A program made the position numbers and the translations under genes. 58,786 bases of DNA. Origin: an uncultured Bacilli bacterium (lineage in GTDB: Bacteria; Bacillota_I; Bacilli_A; RFN20; CAG-449). Each line of letters starts with the position of its first letter. The stretch's first letter is position 1. Below are positions 10,945-21,453 of this stretch, piece after piece. The DNA lies in NCBI GenBank assembly GCA_947629415.1, contig CANRDP010000003.1:1-58786 (forward strand). Direction: 5' to 3'. The notes below the pieces were generated by a model. That model had not been told where the DNA came from. It did not search any database and saw only the letters and a program-made list of their open reading frames with translations.

Positions 10945-13356
10945 ATGTTTAAAAATGTAGAAAATTTTAAAAAAGAATTTAAAAATCGTGCCATTACAAA
11001 GTACGGAAACGATTATAAAAAGTGTCATATTACCGAATTGTACGATATTCTCGGCAGTATGGTCCGGGATTATACTTCTTTTGATTGGAAAGAGTGTAAA
11101 GAAATTACCAATGAAAACAGAAATAAACAATTAGTCTATTTTTCCATGGAATTTTTAATCGGACGATTGCTTGTTAATAATATGCAGAATCTTGGTATTT
11201 ACGAAGTGGCAAAACAGGGACTTAAAGATTTGGGAATCGATATAAATGCTTTGGAAGAACAAGAATCCGATGCCGGATTGGGAAATGGCGGATTGGGTCG
11301 TCTTGCCGCTTGCTTTTTGGATTCGATTGCATCTTTGGGTTATCCGGGGCATGGAAATTGTATTCGTTATCAATATGGTTTTTTTCGTCAAAAAATTGTC
11401 GATGGAAAACAGGTGGAAGTTCCGGATCAATGGTTGAGTAACGGAAATGTATGGGAAATATATAAGCCGAAGCATGCCGTGGATGTTCAATTTTACGGTC
11501 AAGCGGAAACATATCAAGATAACAACGGACAAATTCGCTCTCGCACGGTAAATGCCATGCATGTGAAGGCAGTTCCTTATGATATGCCGGTTATCGGATA
11601 TCGCAATCAAGTGGTAAATACATTACGACTCTGGAGTGCGGAACCGAGTGATGATAATCTTCCCAGTGATATTTCTTTCAGCGAATATCTTGCTGCCATT
11701 CGTGAGTTATGTCATGGTTTATATCCGGATGATTCTACCGAACATGGTCGTATATTACGTTTAAGACAGCAATATTTTTTAGTCTCTGCCGGATTACAAT
11801 CTACCTTAAGAACGCATAAAAGAGTTTATGGTACTTTTGCAAATTTGAAAGAAAAATATGTGTTTCAATTAAATGATACGCATCCGATTTTGGCAATTCC
11901 GGAATTAATGCGATTGCTTATGGATGAACATGGCTTTGGTTGGGATGAAGCTTGGGATCAAGTGAAAAATTCTATGGCCTATACAAACCATACCATTATG
12001 TCGGAAGCATTGGAAAAATGGCCGGTGAATTATGTAGCTACTTTAGTTCCCCGTGTTTTTATGATTATCGAGGAAATCAATCGTCGTATGATTTTGGATT
12101 TACGGAGTAAAGGATATGATGATGATTTTATTCAACGCGTAAAAATTATTAAAGATGGTATGATTTATATGACAAATTTAGGCATTCACACTTGTTTTTC
12201 CGTGAATGGCGTTGCAAAACTTCATACCAAGATTTGTTGTGAAGATACTTTCCATGATTTTTATGTCTTATACCCGGAAAAATTCAATAATAAAACAAAT
12301 GGAATTACCCATCGTCGTTGGTTCTTATATGCCAATCCGGAATTGGCAAGTTATGTGACGAGTCTAATCGGGGATTCTTGGATTCTTCAACCGGAAAATT
12401 TGATAAAACTTTTGGATTATCAAGATAATGAAGAGGTTTTAAAGAAATTAAATACCATTAAACATCACAATAAAATTGCTTTGGCGGATTATATTTATCG
12501 CAATTCGGGTATTTCGGTAGATAGTAATTCGATTTTCGATACCCAAATTAAACGTCTTCATGCTTATAAGCGTCAATTGATGAATGTTTTCCGAATTATT
12601 TATTTTTATTTGAATATAAAAGAAAATCCGAATTTCAAAATTGAACCGAGAACCTTTATCTTCGGTGCCAAAGCTGCACCAAGTTATGTTTTGGCAAAGA
12701 AAATTATCGAATTAATCAATGCTGTCGCCGAAAAAATCAATTCGGATCCGGCAGTAAATCGATTTATGCGTGTGGTATTTATCGAAAATTATGGTGTTTC
12801 TTCTGCAGAAATGATTATTCCGGGTAGTGATGTATCGGAACAAATATCTACTGCAGGTAAAGAAGCCTCCGGGACAAGTAATATGAAATTCATGATTAAT
12901 GGTGCTTTGACTCTTGGAACTCTGGATGGCGCCAATGTGGAAATTGTCGATTTGGTCGGAAAAGAAAATGCCTTTATTTTCGGATTGAAAGATTATGAAA
13001 TCACCGAATTGAAGCGATCGGGATTATATTCTCCTTGGGATTTGTATCATTCGGATTATTGGATACGTCGGATTATGGATTCGTTAGTTGATGGAACTTT
13101 CGAAGAAAATCGTGATTGTTTCCGAATGATTTTTGATGAAATCATGTATCGGAATGATGAATATTTTTCCTTGAAAGATTTCTATTCTTATATCGACGCT
13201 ACATTCCAGACGGAAGAACATTATAAAAATCCATTGAAATGGGCAAAAAGTGCCTTAATCAATATTGCACATGCCGGATATTTTTCTAGTGATCGTACGA
13301 TTGAACAGTATGTGCAAGATATTTGGAAATTGAAAAAGATATATATGGAGAAATAA
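10945..13356 (+). CDS. glgP: glycogen phosphorylase
   Basis: LGNGGLGRLAAC, QLNDTHP, KRLHAYKRQ, PLP-site EASGTSNMK. Confidence 0.97.
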   Translation: MFKNVENFKKEFKNRAITKYGNDYKKCHITELYDILGSMVRDYTSFDWKECKEITNENRNKQLVYFSMEFLIGRLLVNNMQNLGIYEVAKQGLKDLGIDINALEEQESDAGLGNGGLGRLAACFLDSIASLGYPGHGNCIRYQYGFFRQKIVDGKQVEVPDQWLSNGNVWEIYKPKHAVDVQFYGQAETYQDNNGQIRSRTVNAMHVKAVPYDMPVIGYRNQVVNTLRLWSAEPSDDNLPSDISFSEYLAAIRELCHGLYPDDSTEHGRILRLRQQYFLVSAGLQSTLRTHKRVYGTFANLKEKYVFQLNDTHPILAIPELMRLLMDEHGFGWDEAWDQVKNSMAYTNHTIMSEALEKWPVNYVATLVPRVFMIIEEINRRMILDLRSKGYDDDFIQRVKIIKDGMIYMTNLGIHTCFSVNGVAKLHTKICCEDTFHDFYVLYPEKFNNKTNGITHRRWFLYANPELASYVTSLIGDSWILQPENLIKLLDYQDNEEVLKKLNTIKHHNKIALADYIYRNSGISVDSNSIFDTQIKRLHAYKRQLMNVFRIIYFYLNIKENPNFKIEPRTFIFGAKAAPSYVLAKKIIELINAVAEKINSDPAVNRFMRVVFIENYGVSSAEMIIPGSDVSEQISTAGKEASGTSNMKFMINGALTLGTLDGANVEIVDLVGKENAFIFGLKDYEITELKRSGLYSPWDLYHSDYWIRRIMDSLVDGTFEENRDCFRMIFDEIMYRNDEYFSLKDFYSYIDATFQTEEHYKNPLKWAKSALINIAHAGYFSSDRTIEQYVQDIWKLKKIYMEK

Positions 13357-13381
13357 AAAAAATTCATAAGAATTTTTCGTT

Positions 13382-13813
13382 CTAGTTTTTTTTCAAAAAA
13401 TCTTGTTCACTATATAGAAGATAATGATGTTTTTTTAGATATTCGGTAGTTATTCCTTGCCCTGAAATTTTCTTTCCCTGAAAATTTCCATCATGGATAA
13501 AATGGACTCCGCAGGAAGGAGAATTCTCTTTTAAAATACAAAAAAGAGGATTTTCTTTCTTTGCAATTTCCAGTGTTTTTTCGGCACCATGAAGAAAAAA
13601 AGCAGTTACATCACTTCCGGATTCGGAAATGACTTTTGTTCCTTTTCGCTCACTTTTATTTCTCGGTGTAGGAAGACCACCGAATTGCTCGGGACAAATG
13701 GGAATCAAAATATATTTTTTCTTCAATTCGAATATTTTGGGTTCAAGATTGGATTTTCCGTCATATCGGCAAGGATATCCCAATAAACATGCACTTACTA
13801 AGATTTTTCGCAT
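13382..13813 (-). CDS. DUF523 / 2-thiouracil desulfurase (TudS) family protein
   Basis: SACLLG..CRYDG, CPE..GGL.TPR, LKENSPSCG. Confidence 0.88.
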   Translation of the reverse strand: MRKILVSACLLGYPCRYDGKSNLEPKIFELKKKYILIPICPEQFGGLPTPRNKSERKGTKVISESGSDVTAFFLHGAEKTLEIAKKENPLFCILKENSPSCGVHFIHDGNFQGKKISGQGITTEYLKKHHYLLYSEQDFLKKN

Positions 13814-13862
13814 GAAGCTTTCTCCTCTTTCTTATTTTTATTATAACATATATAATAAAATC

Positions 13863-14504
13863 ATGGAAAAAAAGGTTATTGCAAATGTACATGGCAAAGT
13901 AGTGAATGTCGTTATAAGAGAAACGGCCTCTTTTTTAAAAACAAGTCATTATTCTTATGGACAAATTTATATTTCTTGTCCGTTTTCTACTTCTATTGTT
14001 ACCATTGAAAAATATTTAAATCGAGTTTATACCGAAAAAATTATTCAAAAATTTCCGAATGAATTTTTGTATGGAAAAGATTTTTGCTATGTTCTGGGAG
14101 AAAAAAGGCGATTGATTCGACCTTTTTCTTACCAAATTCCCGAAAAAAAGGACTTGATTGTTCGGAATGATGAAGAACTACAAAAAAAATTGGAGAAATT
14201 TGCTTTGGATATTTTCACTTCACGTGTACATTTCTATGAAAAAGAAATGAAAACCTATTCTCATCAAGTGAAAATTACGACAATGTCTGCGGCACGAGGA
14301 AAAAATTACATTCGCAAGAAATTATTGACCTTTCATTGGGAATTGATTCATTTTTCGGTATACTTATTGGATGCGATTGTCATCCATGAATTGAGTCATG
14401 ATTTTGTTCCCAATCATTCAAAAAAATTTTATGAAATTCTTTATCGTTTTTGTCCCGATTATGATGAACGTTTAAAAAAGATAACTTTTGGAGTGAAACA
14501 ATGA
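13863..14504 (+). CDS. YgjP/DUF45-like zinc metallopeptidase
   Basis: IHELSH..VPNHSKKFY (HEXXH); likely start ATG 13863, because the longer ORF overlaps DUF523. Confidence 0.75.
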   Translation: MEKKVIANVHGKVVNVVIRETASFLKTSHYSYGQIYISCPFSTSIVTIEKYLNRVYTEKIIQKFPNEFLYGKDFCYVLGEKRRLIRPFSYQIPEKKDLIVRNDEELQKKLEKFALDIFTSRVHFYEKEMKTYSHQVKITTMSAARGKNYIRKKLLTFHWELIHFSVYLLDAIVIHELSHDFVPNHSKKFYEILYRFCPDYDERLKKITFGVKQ

Positions 14505-15211
14505 AAATTACCTCGACAGCAAATTCACATATTAAAGAAATAAGTCTTTTGCATAAGACCGGAGAAAGAAAAAAGCAAAAATTTTTTCTTGTTCAGGGTG
14601 AGGATTTTCTTGCCCCGGCACTTCAAAGCGGACTTGCATTGGAAGTTTTTTCTTTAAAAGAATTGGATACACAGGGAATACCTTTAACGCTTATCGATAC
14701 AAAAGTCATGAATAAGCTTTCCCTTTATGAACAGAGTGTTGCACCGATAATATTGTGCAAATATCCTGAAAAAGAAAAAACAAAGGGAAAGAAGATGATT
14801 TATCTTGATGGTATACAAGATCCCGGGAATGTGGGAACAATTCTTCGTACCGCATGTGCATTCTCCTATGATAAAGTTTATTTATCTCCTACTTGTGCTT
14901 CCTTATATTCTGCAAAAACTTTGTCTGCCACAAAGGGAAGTATTTTTCAAATCGATTGCTATGAAGATGTGACACTAGATTCTATAATCGATAAAAATAT
15001 GGAAATCATTGTCACTTCTTTACGGGATGCCGAAGATTATAAAAAAATAGAAATAAAAAAACCATTTCTTTTGATCTTCGGTAATGAAGGAAGGGGAGTC
15101 AGTGAAAACGCATTGAAAGTTGCTACAAAAATCGTTAAAATAAAGATGGATTTTATGGAATCTCTGAATGTTGCTGTTGCGGCAGGAATTTTGATGGAAA
15201 GGTATCGCTGA
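14501..15211 (+). CDS. TrmH/SpoU family RNA methyltransferase
   Basis: QDPGNVGTILR, FGNEGRG, ESLNVAVA. Confidence 0.92.
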   Translation: MKITSTANSHIKEISLLHKTGERKKQKFFLVQGEDFLAPALQSGLALEVFSLKELDTQGIPLTLIDTKVMNKLSLYEQSVAPIILCKYPEKEKTKGKKMIYLDGIQDPGNVGTILRTACAFSYDKVYLSPTCASLYSAKTLSATKGSIFQIDCYEDVTLDSIIDKNMEIIVTSLRDAEDYKKIEIKKPFLLIFGNEGRGVSENALKVATKIVKIKMDFMESLNVAVAAGILMERYR

Positions 15212-15927
15212 TGAAGAAACGCATAGTTCTGCTTGTTCATGGCTTTATGGTTCATGATTGGCATGATTTCGGACTTTTTAAAAAATATATGGATGAACAT
15301 CCGGTGGAAAATACAGAGTTTGAACTGGTTTATTTATATGATCGGGAAAAAAGCAAAACTTCCAAACCCAAGGCTATGGTGGAAACTTTAAAAAAGATTG
15401 TGCAAGAAAAGCAAAAAGAGGATTATGATATTCTTCTATGCGGATATTCTTTTTCCTGCGGAATTGTTGCCAAAGTCGCACAAGAGACTCATTGTTCGGG
15501 AGTGATTTATTTATCTCCGACAGTGAGTTTATTTAAAACAAAATTATTTTGGATTCATTTGAAAAATGCTTTTAAGGTTTTAAAATTACGTTTGAAAAAG
15601 GGAAAAGAAAAAGCAGAAAAGATTATGAAAAGAACAAAAACAAAGGGAGTCGTTTCTCTATCGTATCATATTTCGTTATCGATGATAAAAACAAAAAAAT
15701 ACTATAAATCTTCCGTTCCTTATTTGCTTTTCAAAGGAAGTGCGGATGAATATTCTTTAGACAAAGATCTTTATTATATTGCCAAGAAATCGACTGCAAA
15801 GCAAGCAAAAACGGTAACGGTTCATGGCCCGGATTGGAATCATTTTTATATCCTTTTTGAAGAGTATTTAACAAAAGAACCCATGAACGAAATTTTAGCT
15901 TTTTTAAGGAGAATTCCTCATGAATAA
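15211..15927 (+). CDS. alpha/beta hydrolase fold protein
   Basis: HGF oxyanion motif, GYSFS nucleophile elbow, GSADE, late His. Confidence 0.65.
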   Translation: MKKRIVLLVHGFMVHDWHDFGLFKKYMDEHPVENTEFELVYLYDREKSKTSKPKAMVETLKKIVQEKQKEDYDILLCGYSFSCGIVAKVAQETHCSGVIYLSPTVSLFKTKLFWIHLKNAFKVLKLRLKKGKEKAEKIMKRTKTKGVVSLSYHISLSMIKTKKYYKSSVPYLLFKGSADEYSLDKDLYYIAKKSTAKQAKTVTVHGPDWNHFYILFEEYLTKEPMNEILAFLRRIPHE

Positions 15928-17149
15928 ATTGAAAAGTGCTTGGATTCTATCTCTTCTTTTTCTTCCTTTGGCAGGATGTTCTTCTTCGGAGAAAAATACC
16001 ATCGGATTTCACTATTATTATGATGATTCCACGAAAACATGTCTTATCGGTGCTCGCCCGGGATTTAATTTGGAACACGCCAAAATCGAAGAATATTTTC
16101 TTAGAGAAGATGAAAACGGAAATGAAATAAAATATGCCATCACGGGAATTTATATTTCCGATAACGATCAGGATTATTTTTTGAAAGATAATTCTTTTAT
16201 TCAGACATTGGAAATCGAAAATTCTTTTATTACCACACTTCCTTATGATATTTTCCGAAATTCATCGTTGCAAGAAATCGATCTTTCAAAAGCAACGAAT
16301 TTACAATATATCGGGGATCATGTTTTTGAAAGCAGCGCTTTGAAAAAAATTACCTTACCTCCGAATTTACTTCAAACATATAAAGGAGTATTTGCCTCTT
16401 CGCAAGTGGAAGAGGTTACTTTCCCGAATACATATGAAAAAATGGATATTGATACATTTTTTAATTGTGCTCATTTAAAAGAGGTGAATTTCGGAGAAAG
16501 TATAAAAGAGATTTCCGGTTCATGTTTTGAAAAAGCATCTTCACTTAGCAAGGTGCTTGCTCCGAATGTCGACACCATCGATTCTTATGCTTTCAAAGAT
16601 ACGGAAAATTTAAAGGAATTTTCTTTTGAATTTGTAAAAAATATCGGCGATTATGCTTTTTATCGATCGGGTATTTCCACAGTAAATTTAAAGGATTGTG
16701 TTCTTGGCAGTCATGTTTTTCGCGAATCGAAAGTTACCACGGCTTCGTTAGAGAATGTAGAAAAATTACCTTACAAAACTTTCGGAGATTGTGAAAATTT
16801 AACATCGGTCGTATTAAAAGGAAAAGTCGATCAGATTGGACCTTCGGCATTTAAAAATACGGCAATAGAAAAAATTGATCTTCCGAATTCGGTAACTTTT
16901 ATCGGAAGTGAAGCTTTTTCCTCCAACCGAAAATTGTGTCAGGTGAATTTATCTTCTTCGCTAGAAAGTATTTCCACGGATGCATTTTATTCGTGTGAAG
17001 CTTTAAATGAAGTGCAATTTCCTAATTCATTAAAAAGAATCCGTGATGGAGCGTTTTTGAAAACAGGTTTAAAAAACGTACAATTGCCGAAATCCGTGGA
17101 ATTATACGGTAAATGTTTTGAAGACAATTGTATCATCGAAAGAATCTAA
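15920..17149 (+). CDS. BspA-like leucine-rich-repeat (LRR_5) lipoprotein
   Basis: Lipobox LAGC; many IxxxAF..C..L..V.LP repeats. Confidence 0.85.
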   Translation: MNKLKSAWILSLLFLPLAGCSSSEKNTIGFHYYYDDSTKTCLIGARPGFNLEHAKIEEYFLREDENGNEIKYAITGIYISDNDQDYFLKDNSFIQTLEIENSFITTLPYDIFRNSSLQEIDLSKATNLQYIGDHVFESSALKKITLPPNLLQTYKGVFASSQVEEVTFPNTYEKMDIDTFFNCAHLKEVNFGESIKEISGSCFEKASSLSKVLAPNVDTIDSYAFKDTENLKEFSFEFVKNIGDYAFYRSGISTVNLKDCVLGSHVFRESKVTTASLENVEKLPYKTFGDCENLTSVVLKGKVDQIGPSAFKNTAIEKIDLPNSVTFIGSEAFSSNRKLCQVNLSSSLESISTDAFYSCEALNEVQFPNSLKRIRDGAFLKTGLKNVQLPKSVELYGKCFEDNCIIERI

Positions 17150-17988
17150 TCTTCTTTCTTTTTATCGTAATCATCAAGGAAAGTGATTTTTTCCTTTCCT
17201 TTTTTATAGCCGAGAATTTTTTCCAACACAACATTTGTGGTACTTTTGAAGATATTTTTTTCTACCTGAGGATTGTAATTTAAAAGATCGTGAATTAATT
17301 TTTTTGTCTCGGCACGCTTGGAATTTCCGATATGATCTTCCGAGCCGAGATTTTCTTCCGTGAATTTACAAGCACATTGAATGAATTCCAAGTGATGATA
17401 ATTTTTCCATCCGATAATATCTTTTTCGCGGATACAATACATCGGACGAATTAATTCAAGTCCGGGGAAATTCGTACTATGCAGTTTGGGAAGCATCGTT
17501 TGAAACGAACCGACATTTAATAAATTCATCAATGTAGTTTCGATGACATCATCATAATGGTGTCCCAAAGCAATTTTATTGCAACCTAAATTTTGTGCAA
17601 TATGATAAAGAGCACCCCGTCGCATTTTCGCACATAAAAAACAGGGACTTTTTTCTTGTGCATTGGCAATTTTAAAGATATCGGTTTCCACAATTTCCGC
17701 GGGAATAGAAAGTAGATCTAAATTTTTTCGAATTAAATTTAAATTTCTTTCATTATAGCCGGGATTCATAACGATATACTTTGCTTCAAATTGAAAATCC
17801 GAATGTTTCAAGAGTTGTTGAAAAAGTTTTGCCATCAACATTGAATCTTTTCCGCCGGATATACAAACCATAATTTTATCTTCTGGTTGAATCAATTGGT
17901 ATTCTTTGCAGGCTTTTACAAAACGAGACCAAAGTCGCATCCGAAATTTTTTGGTAATGGATTGCTCCAGATCATTTAATTCCCGCAT
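17146..17988 (-). CDS. ttcA: tRNA 2-thiocytidine biosynthesis protein
   Basis: PP-loop SGGKDS, PCFLC, GHHYDD, LIRP, CAC. Confidence 0.88.
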   Translation of the reverse strand: MRELNDLEQSITKKFRMRLWSRFVKACKEYQLIQPEDKIMVCISGGKDSMLMAKLFQQLLKHSDFQFEAKYIVMNPGYNERNLNLIRKNLDLLSIPAEIVETDIFKIANAQEKSPCFLCAKMRRGALYHIAQNLGCNKIALGHHYDDVIETTLMNLLNVGSFQTMLPKLHSTNFPGLELIRPMYCIREKDIIGWKNYHHLEFIQCACKFTEENLGSEDHIGNSKRAETKKLIHDLLNYNPQVEKNIFKSTTNVVLEKILGYKKGKEKITFLDDYDKKKED

Positions 17989-18737
17989 AAAGAAGCTCCT
18001 TTTTCCTTGATGAGATCTTTTATCACTTCACTGGCCAAAATTAAACCCATGACGGAAGGAACAAAGGCAATACTGGAAGGGTAAATATGATGATTTTCAT
18101 CGTAATCAAATTCTTTTCGTGCATTACTTTCTTTGGAATAGACAACTTTTAACGAATCAATATTTTGCTTTTTTAATTCTTGTCGCACTCGCTTTGCTAA
18201 AGGACATACCGATGTCTTAGAAATATCGGTGACTTCAAAAGCTAGCGGATCCAGTTTATTTCCGGCACCCATAGCCGAAATAATGGGAATATGATTCTTT
18301 TTGCAAAATGTAATTAAGGAAATTTTGGATTTTAAGGAATCGATGGCATCAATCACATAAGAAACCATCGAGAAATCTATCGGAGAATCTTCCTCATAAA
18401 AAAGATCATAAGTTTCTACGATTAATTTCGGATTTATTTTCAAAAGATGCTCTTTCATAACTTCCACTTTTTTTCTTCCCAGCGTTTCATGATTGGCAAT
18501 CAGTTGACGATTTATATTACTCAAAGTGATGACATCAAAATCAACCAAAAGAACTTTACCGATTCCGCTGCGCACTAAAGCATCGATGGCATGACCACCG
18601 ACACCTCCCAAGCCAAAAATGGCGACGGATTTTTGTGATAAATATTTTACATTTTCAGTTCCAATTAATTGCTCGGTACGGGAAAATTGTGTCTCTTTCA
18701 TAGTCATTATTCTATCATTTCTTTCTTTTTTACACAA
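17976..18737 (-). CDS. tcdA: tRNA threonylcarbamoyladenosine dehydratase (ThiF family)
   Basis: GLGGVGG, SNINRQ, DAID, SAMGAG, CPLAK; true start probably near 18701-18707. Confidence 0.88.
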   Translation of the reverse strand: MCKKERNDRIMTMKETQFSRTEQLIGTENVKYLSQKSVAIFGLGGVGGHAIDALVRSGIGKVLLVDFDVITLSNINRQLIANHETLGRKKVEVMKEHLLKINPKLIVETYDLFYEEDSPIDFSMVSYVIDAIDSLKSKISLITFCKKNHIPIISAMGAGNKLDPLAFEVTDISKTSVCPLAKRVRQELKKQNIDSLKVVYSKESNARKEFDYDENHHIYPSSIAFVPSVMGLILASEVIKDLIKEKGASLCGN

Positions 18738-18772
18738 GAAAAGATGTAAAGGAAAAAATAAGAAAAAATCGA

Positions 18773-20068
18773 TTAAAATTCTTTTTTTTCATAATTTTTT
18801 CTCAATCCTTTCGGATAGTGATTTTTTGCAATACCCTGGTGAATTTTGGTGATGGCAAAAGGAAGTTTTTTATAAGATAAAATTGCATAACCATCCGGTG
18901 CCTCTAATTTTAATGGATTTCCGGCTAAATACGATTGCATATCTTCCACAGGAATCGGAAGAGAATAGGGTAATATTTTAGAATATCGAGAAATGGCATG
19001 ATCATAGATAAATCCGAGTTTTTTATCATAAGATCCTAAAATTAATCCTTTCCGTATTACTTTTAAATAGGAAATTTCTTCTTGAAAAGAACAAAGGGTA
19101 TATCTTTTTTGATTTTCGTAAACATAGCCGTCAAAAGGAAAGATAAATGATGGCATTGGAATGCTCTTTTGTTTTTTTAAATAATTTCTTTCCTCTTTTA
19201 ATGGTTTTTGTATTAATCCGAAGAAATGCCCTTCACCTTCAAATAAAAAAGGAAAAAGATGAATGGTTCCTTTTAATGTTCCTTCATAAAAAGACGGAGA
19301 ATTGACTAAAGGAATAAGTTCTGCATCTTTTTTTGTAAGAAGATAACGAATCACATCTTCATCTTCTTCTTCCGAAAAAGAACATGTGGAATATAAAAGT
19401 TTTCCTCCCGGAGCAAGAAAATCATAAGCTTTTAGAATCATTTCTTTCTGAATAGAGGCCAATTTTAAGACCTTTTCATAGGACCAATCTTCCTCCATTT
19501 TTTTATCTTTTCGAAACATGGCACTGCCGGAACATGGTGCGTCCAAAAGAATTTTGGTGAAAGTATTTTTATAATTATCGGGGAAAGACAAGAAATCATT
19601 GTTGGTCACGATGATGTTTTTTCGACCATATTTTTCAACTTGTGAAGAAAGCGTAAGTGCTCTTGAATAAGAGCGTTCATTGGATACAATCATTCCTTCG
19701 TTTTGCATTAAAAAGGAGGCATGAAGACTTTTTCCTCCCGGAGCGGCACATGCATCAAGATAAAGATCTTCTTTTGTCGGATGTAAAAAATAATTTGCCA
19801 TCATGGCACAGGGTTCAAAAAGAATATAGGCACCGAGATCAAAAAGATAATGTGCTCCCGGAGTGTTTTGATTTTTTTTATATATAAAAGCATTTTCTAC
19901 AAAAGGATGAGGCTTCAAATATGGAAAAATACTTTTTATTTCCTGCGAGGATATTTTTTCTTGATCGAGATATAAACCTTGTGTCGGTTCTTGAAAACTT
20001 GCTTGGTTCAACAATTCGATTTCTTTTTTGGATAAATAATGGAGATGATTTAAAAAATTTTCTTTCAT
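18773..20068 (-). CDS. rsmF: RsmF-type 16S rRNA m5C methyltransferase
   Basis: DACAAPGGK, DAPCSG, YSTCS, C-terminal KNHYPKGLR. Confidence 0.85.
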   Translation of the reverse strand: MKENFLNHLHYLSKKEIELLNQASFQEPTQGLYLDQEKISSQEIKSIFPYLKPHPFVENAFIYKKNQNTPGAHYLFDLGAYILFEPCAMMANYFLHPTKEDLYLDACAAPGGKSLHASFLMQNEGMIVSNERSYSRALTLSSQVEKYGRKNIIVTNNDFLSFPDNYKNTFTKILLDAPCSGSAMFRKDKKMEEDWSYEKVLKLASIQKEMILKAYDFLAPGGKLLYSTCSFSEEEDEDVIRYLLTKKDAELIPLVNSPSFYEGTLKGTIHLFPFLFEGEGHFFGLIQKPLKEERNYLKKQKSIPMPSFIFPFDGYVYENQKRYTLCSFQEEISYLKVIRKGLILGSYDKKLGFIYDHAISRYSKILPYSLPIPVEDMQSYLAGNPLKLEAPDGYAILSYKKLPFAITKIHQGIAKNHYPKGLRKNYEKKEF

Positions 20069-20142
20069 GAAAATATACTATCCTGCGGTATTTAAAAAGT
20101 AAACGAAAACAAGTATAATATAAAAAACAGGAGAATACTTTT

Positions 20143-21447
20143 ATGCAAATGCAAGAAATTATATCAAAAAAAAGACATGGCGAAAAATTGCTTGATGAGG
20201 AAATCGCTTTTTTTATAAAAGAATATGTGAAAGGAACCATACCGGATTATCAAGCATCCAGTTTTTGTATGGCTGTTTGTTGTAATGGTATGGATGCGCA
20301 TGAAACGGCCGTTTTAACCGATTGCATGATGCATTCCGGAGATGTGGTTGATTTATCAAAAATTCCCGGTGTTAAGGTCGATAAACATTCCACGGGCGGA
20401 GTGGGAGATAAAACTTCCTTGGTTCTTGGCCCTTTAGTGGCTTCCGCGGGAGTCAAATTGGCGAAAATGTCCGGGCGAGGACTGGGATTTACCGGTGGAA
20501 CTCTTGATAAGATGGAGTCTATTCCGGGAATGCGCATTGATTTGACACAAGAAGAATTTTTTAAACAAGTAAGTACGATTGGTATGGCAATTATCGGACA
20601 AACGGGAAATCTTGTTCCTGCAGATAAAAAATTATATGCTTTGCGGGATGTCACAGGAACGGTGGATTCGATACCTCTTATTGCAAGTTCCATTATGTCG
20701 AAAAAGTTGGCCTCCGGATCCGATAGCATTTTATTGGATGTAAAATTCGGTTCGGGAGCTTTTATGAAGACAATGGAAGATGCTCGTTTATTAGCAAAAG
20801 CAATGGTCAAAATCGGAAATTCCTTAAAGAGAAATACCAAGGCTATATTGACGGATATGAGTCAACCCTTGGGACTTGCTGTCGGCAATATTTTGGAAGT
20901 AAAGGAAGCGATTGCTACTTTAAAAGGGAATGGACCAAAAGATTTTGTCGAACTTTGTTTATCCGCGGGATCGATTATGTTAGTGCAGGCAAATGTGTGT
21001 CGAACAAAAGAAGAAGCAAGAAAAATTTTGGAAAAGAATTTGAATTCCGGTCTTGCTTATAAAAAGTTTTTGGAATTCGTCGAAGCCCAAGGTGGCGATA
21101 TTTCTTATATTGAACATCCGGAGAAATTTGATGTGAGCAAAAACATTGTGGAAGTAAAGGCGGAAAAAGAAGGCTATTGCCATGAAATTACGGCAATTCA
21201 AATCGGTCTTGCGGCTATGCATTTAGGTGCCGGAAGAGCAACAAAAGAAGATTCCATCGATTATACCGCAGGAATTGTTTTGAATAAAAAAGTAGGTGAT
21301 AAAGTTTTAAAAGGAGAAACTTTAGCAACAATATATACTAATAAAAATATTTTTGATGAAGAAATTCGTATGGTAAAGGAAGCTTTTATATTACAAAAAG
21401 AACAACCGGAATTTCTTCCGATTGTTCGTGATATTATCGAAGAATAA
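20143..21447 (+). CDS. pdp: pyrimidine-nucleoside phosphorylase
   Basis: DKHSTGGVGDK, KMSGRGLG.TGGT, SIMSKK, LGAGR. Confidence 0.96.
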   Translation: MQMQEIISKKRHGEKLLDEEIAFFIKEYVKGTIPDYQASSFCMAVCCNGMDAHETAVLTDCMMHSGDVVDLSKIPGVKVDKHSTGGVGDKTSLVLGPLVASAGVKLAKMSGRGLGFTGGTLDKMESIPGMRIDLTQEEFFKQVSTIGMAIIGQTGNLVPADKKLYALRDVTGTVDSIPLIASSIMSKKLASGSDSILLDVKFGSGAFMKTMEDARLLAKAMVKIGNSLKRNTKAILTDMSQPLGLAVGNILEVKEAIATLKGNGPKDFVELCLSAGSIMLVQANVCRTKEEARKILEKNLNSGLAYKKFLEFVEAQGGDISYIEHPEKFDVSKNIVEVKAEKEGYCHEITAIQIGLAAMHLGAGRATKEDSIDYTAGIVLNKKVGDKVLKGETLATIYTNKNIFDEEIRMVKEAFILQKEQPEFLPIVRDIIEE

Positions 21448-21453
21448 TTTATT

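Noticed and set aside
13629-13862. N-terminal extension of the YgjP-like ORF
   Set aside because: Overlaps the divergent DUF523 gene; ATG 13863 gives a normal-sized protein.
20250-20840. Long antisense ORFs (e.g. 196 aa opposite pdp; also 9381-9851, 11155-11610, 53601-54056)
   Set aside because: Shadow frames of well-conserved genes, with no RBS or recognisable motifs.
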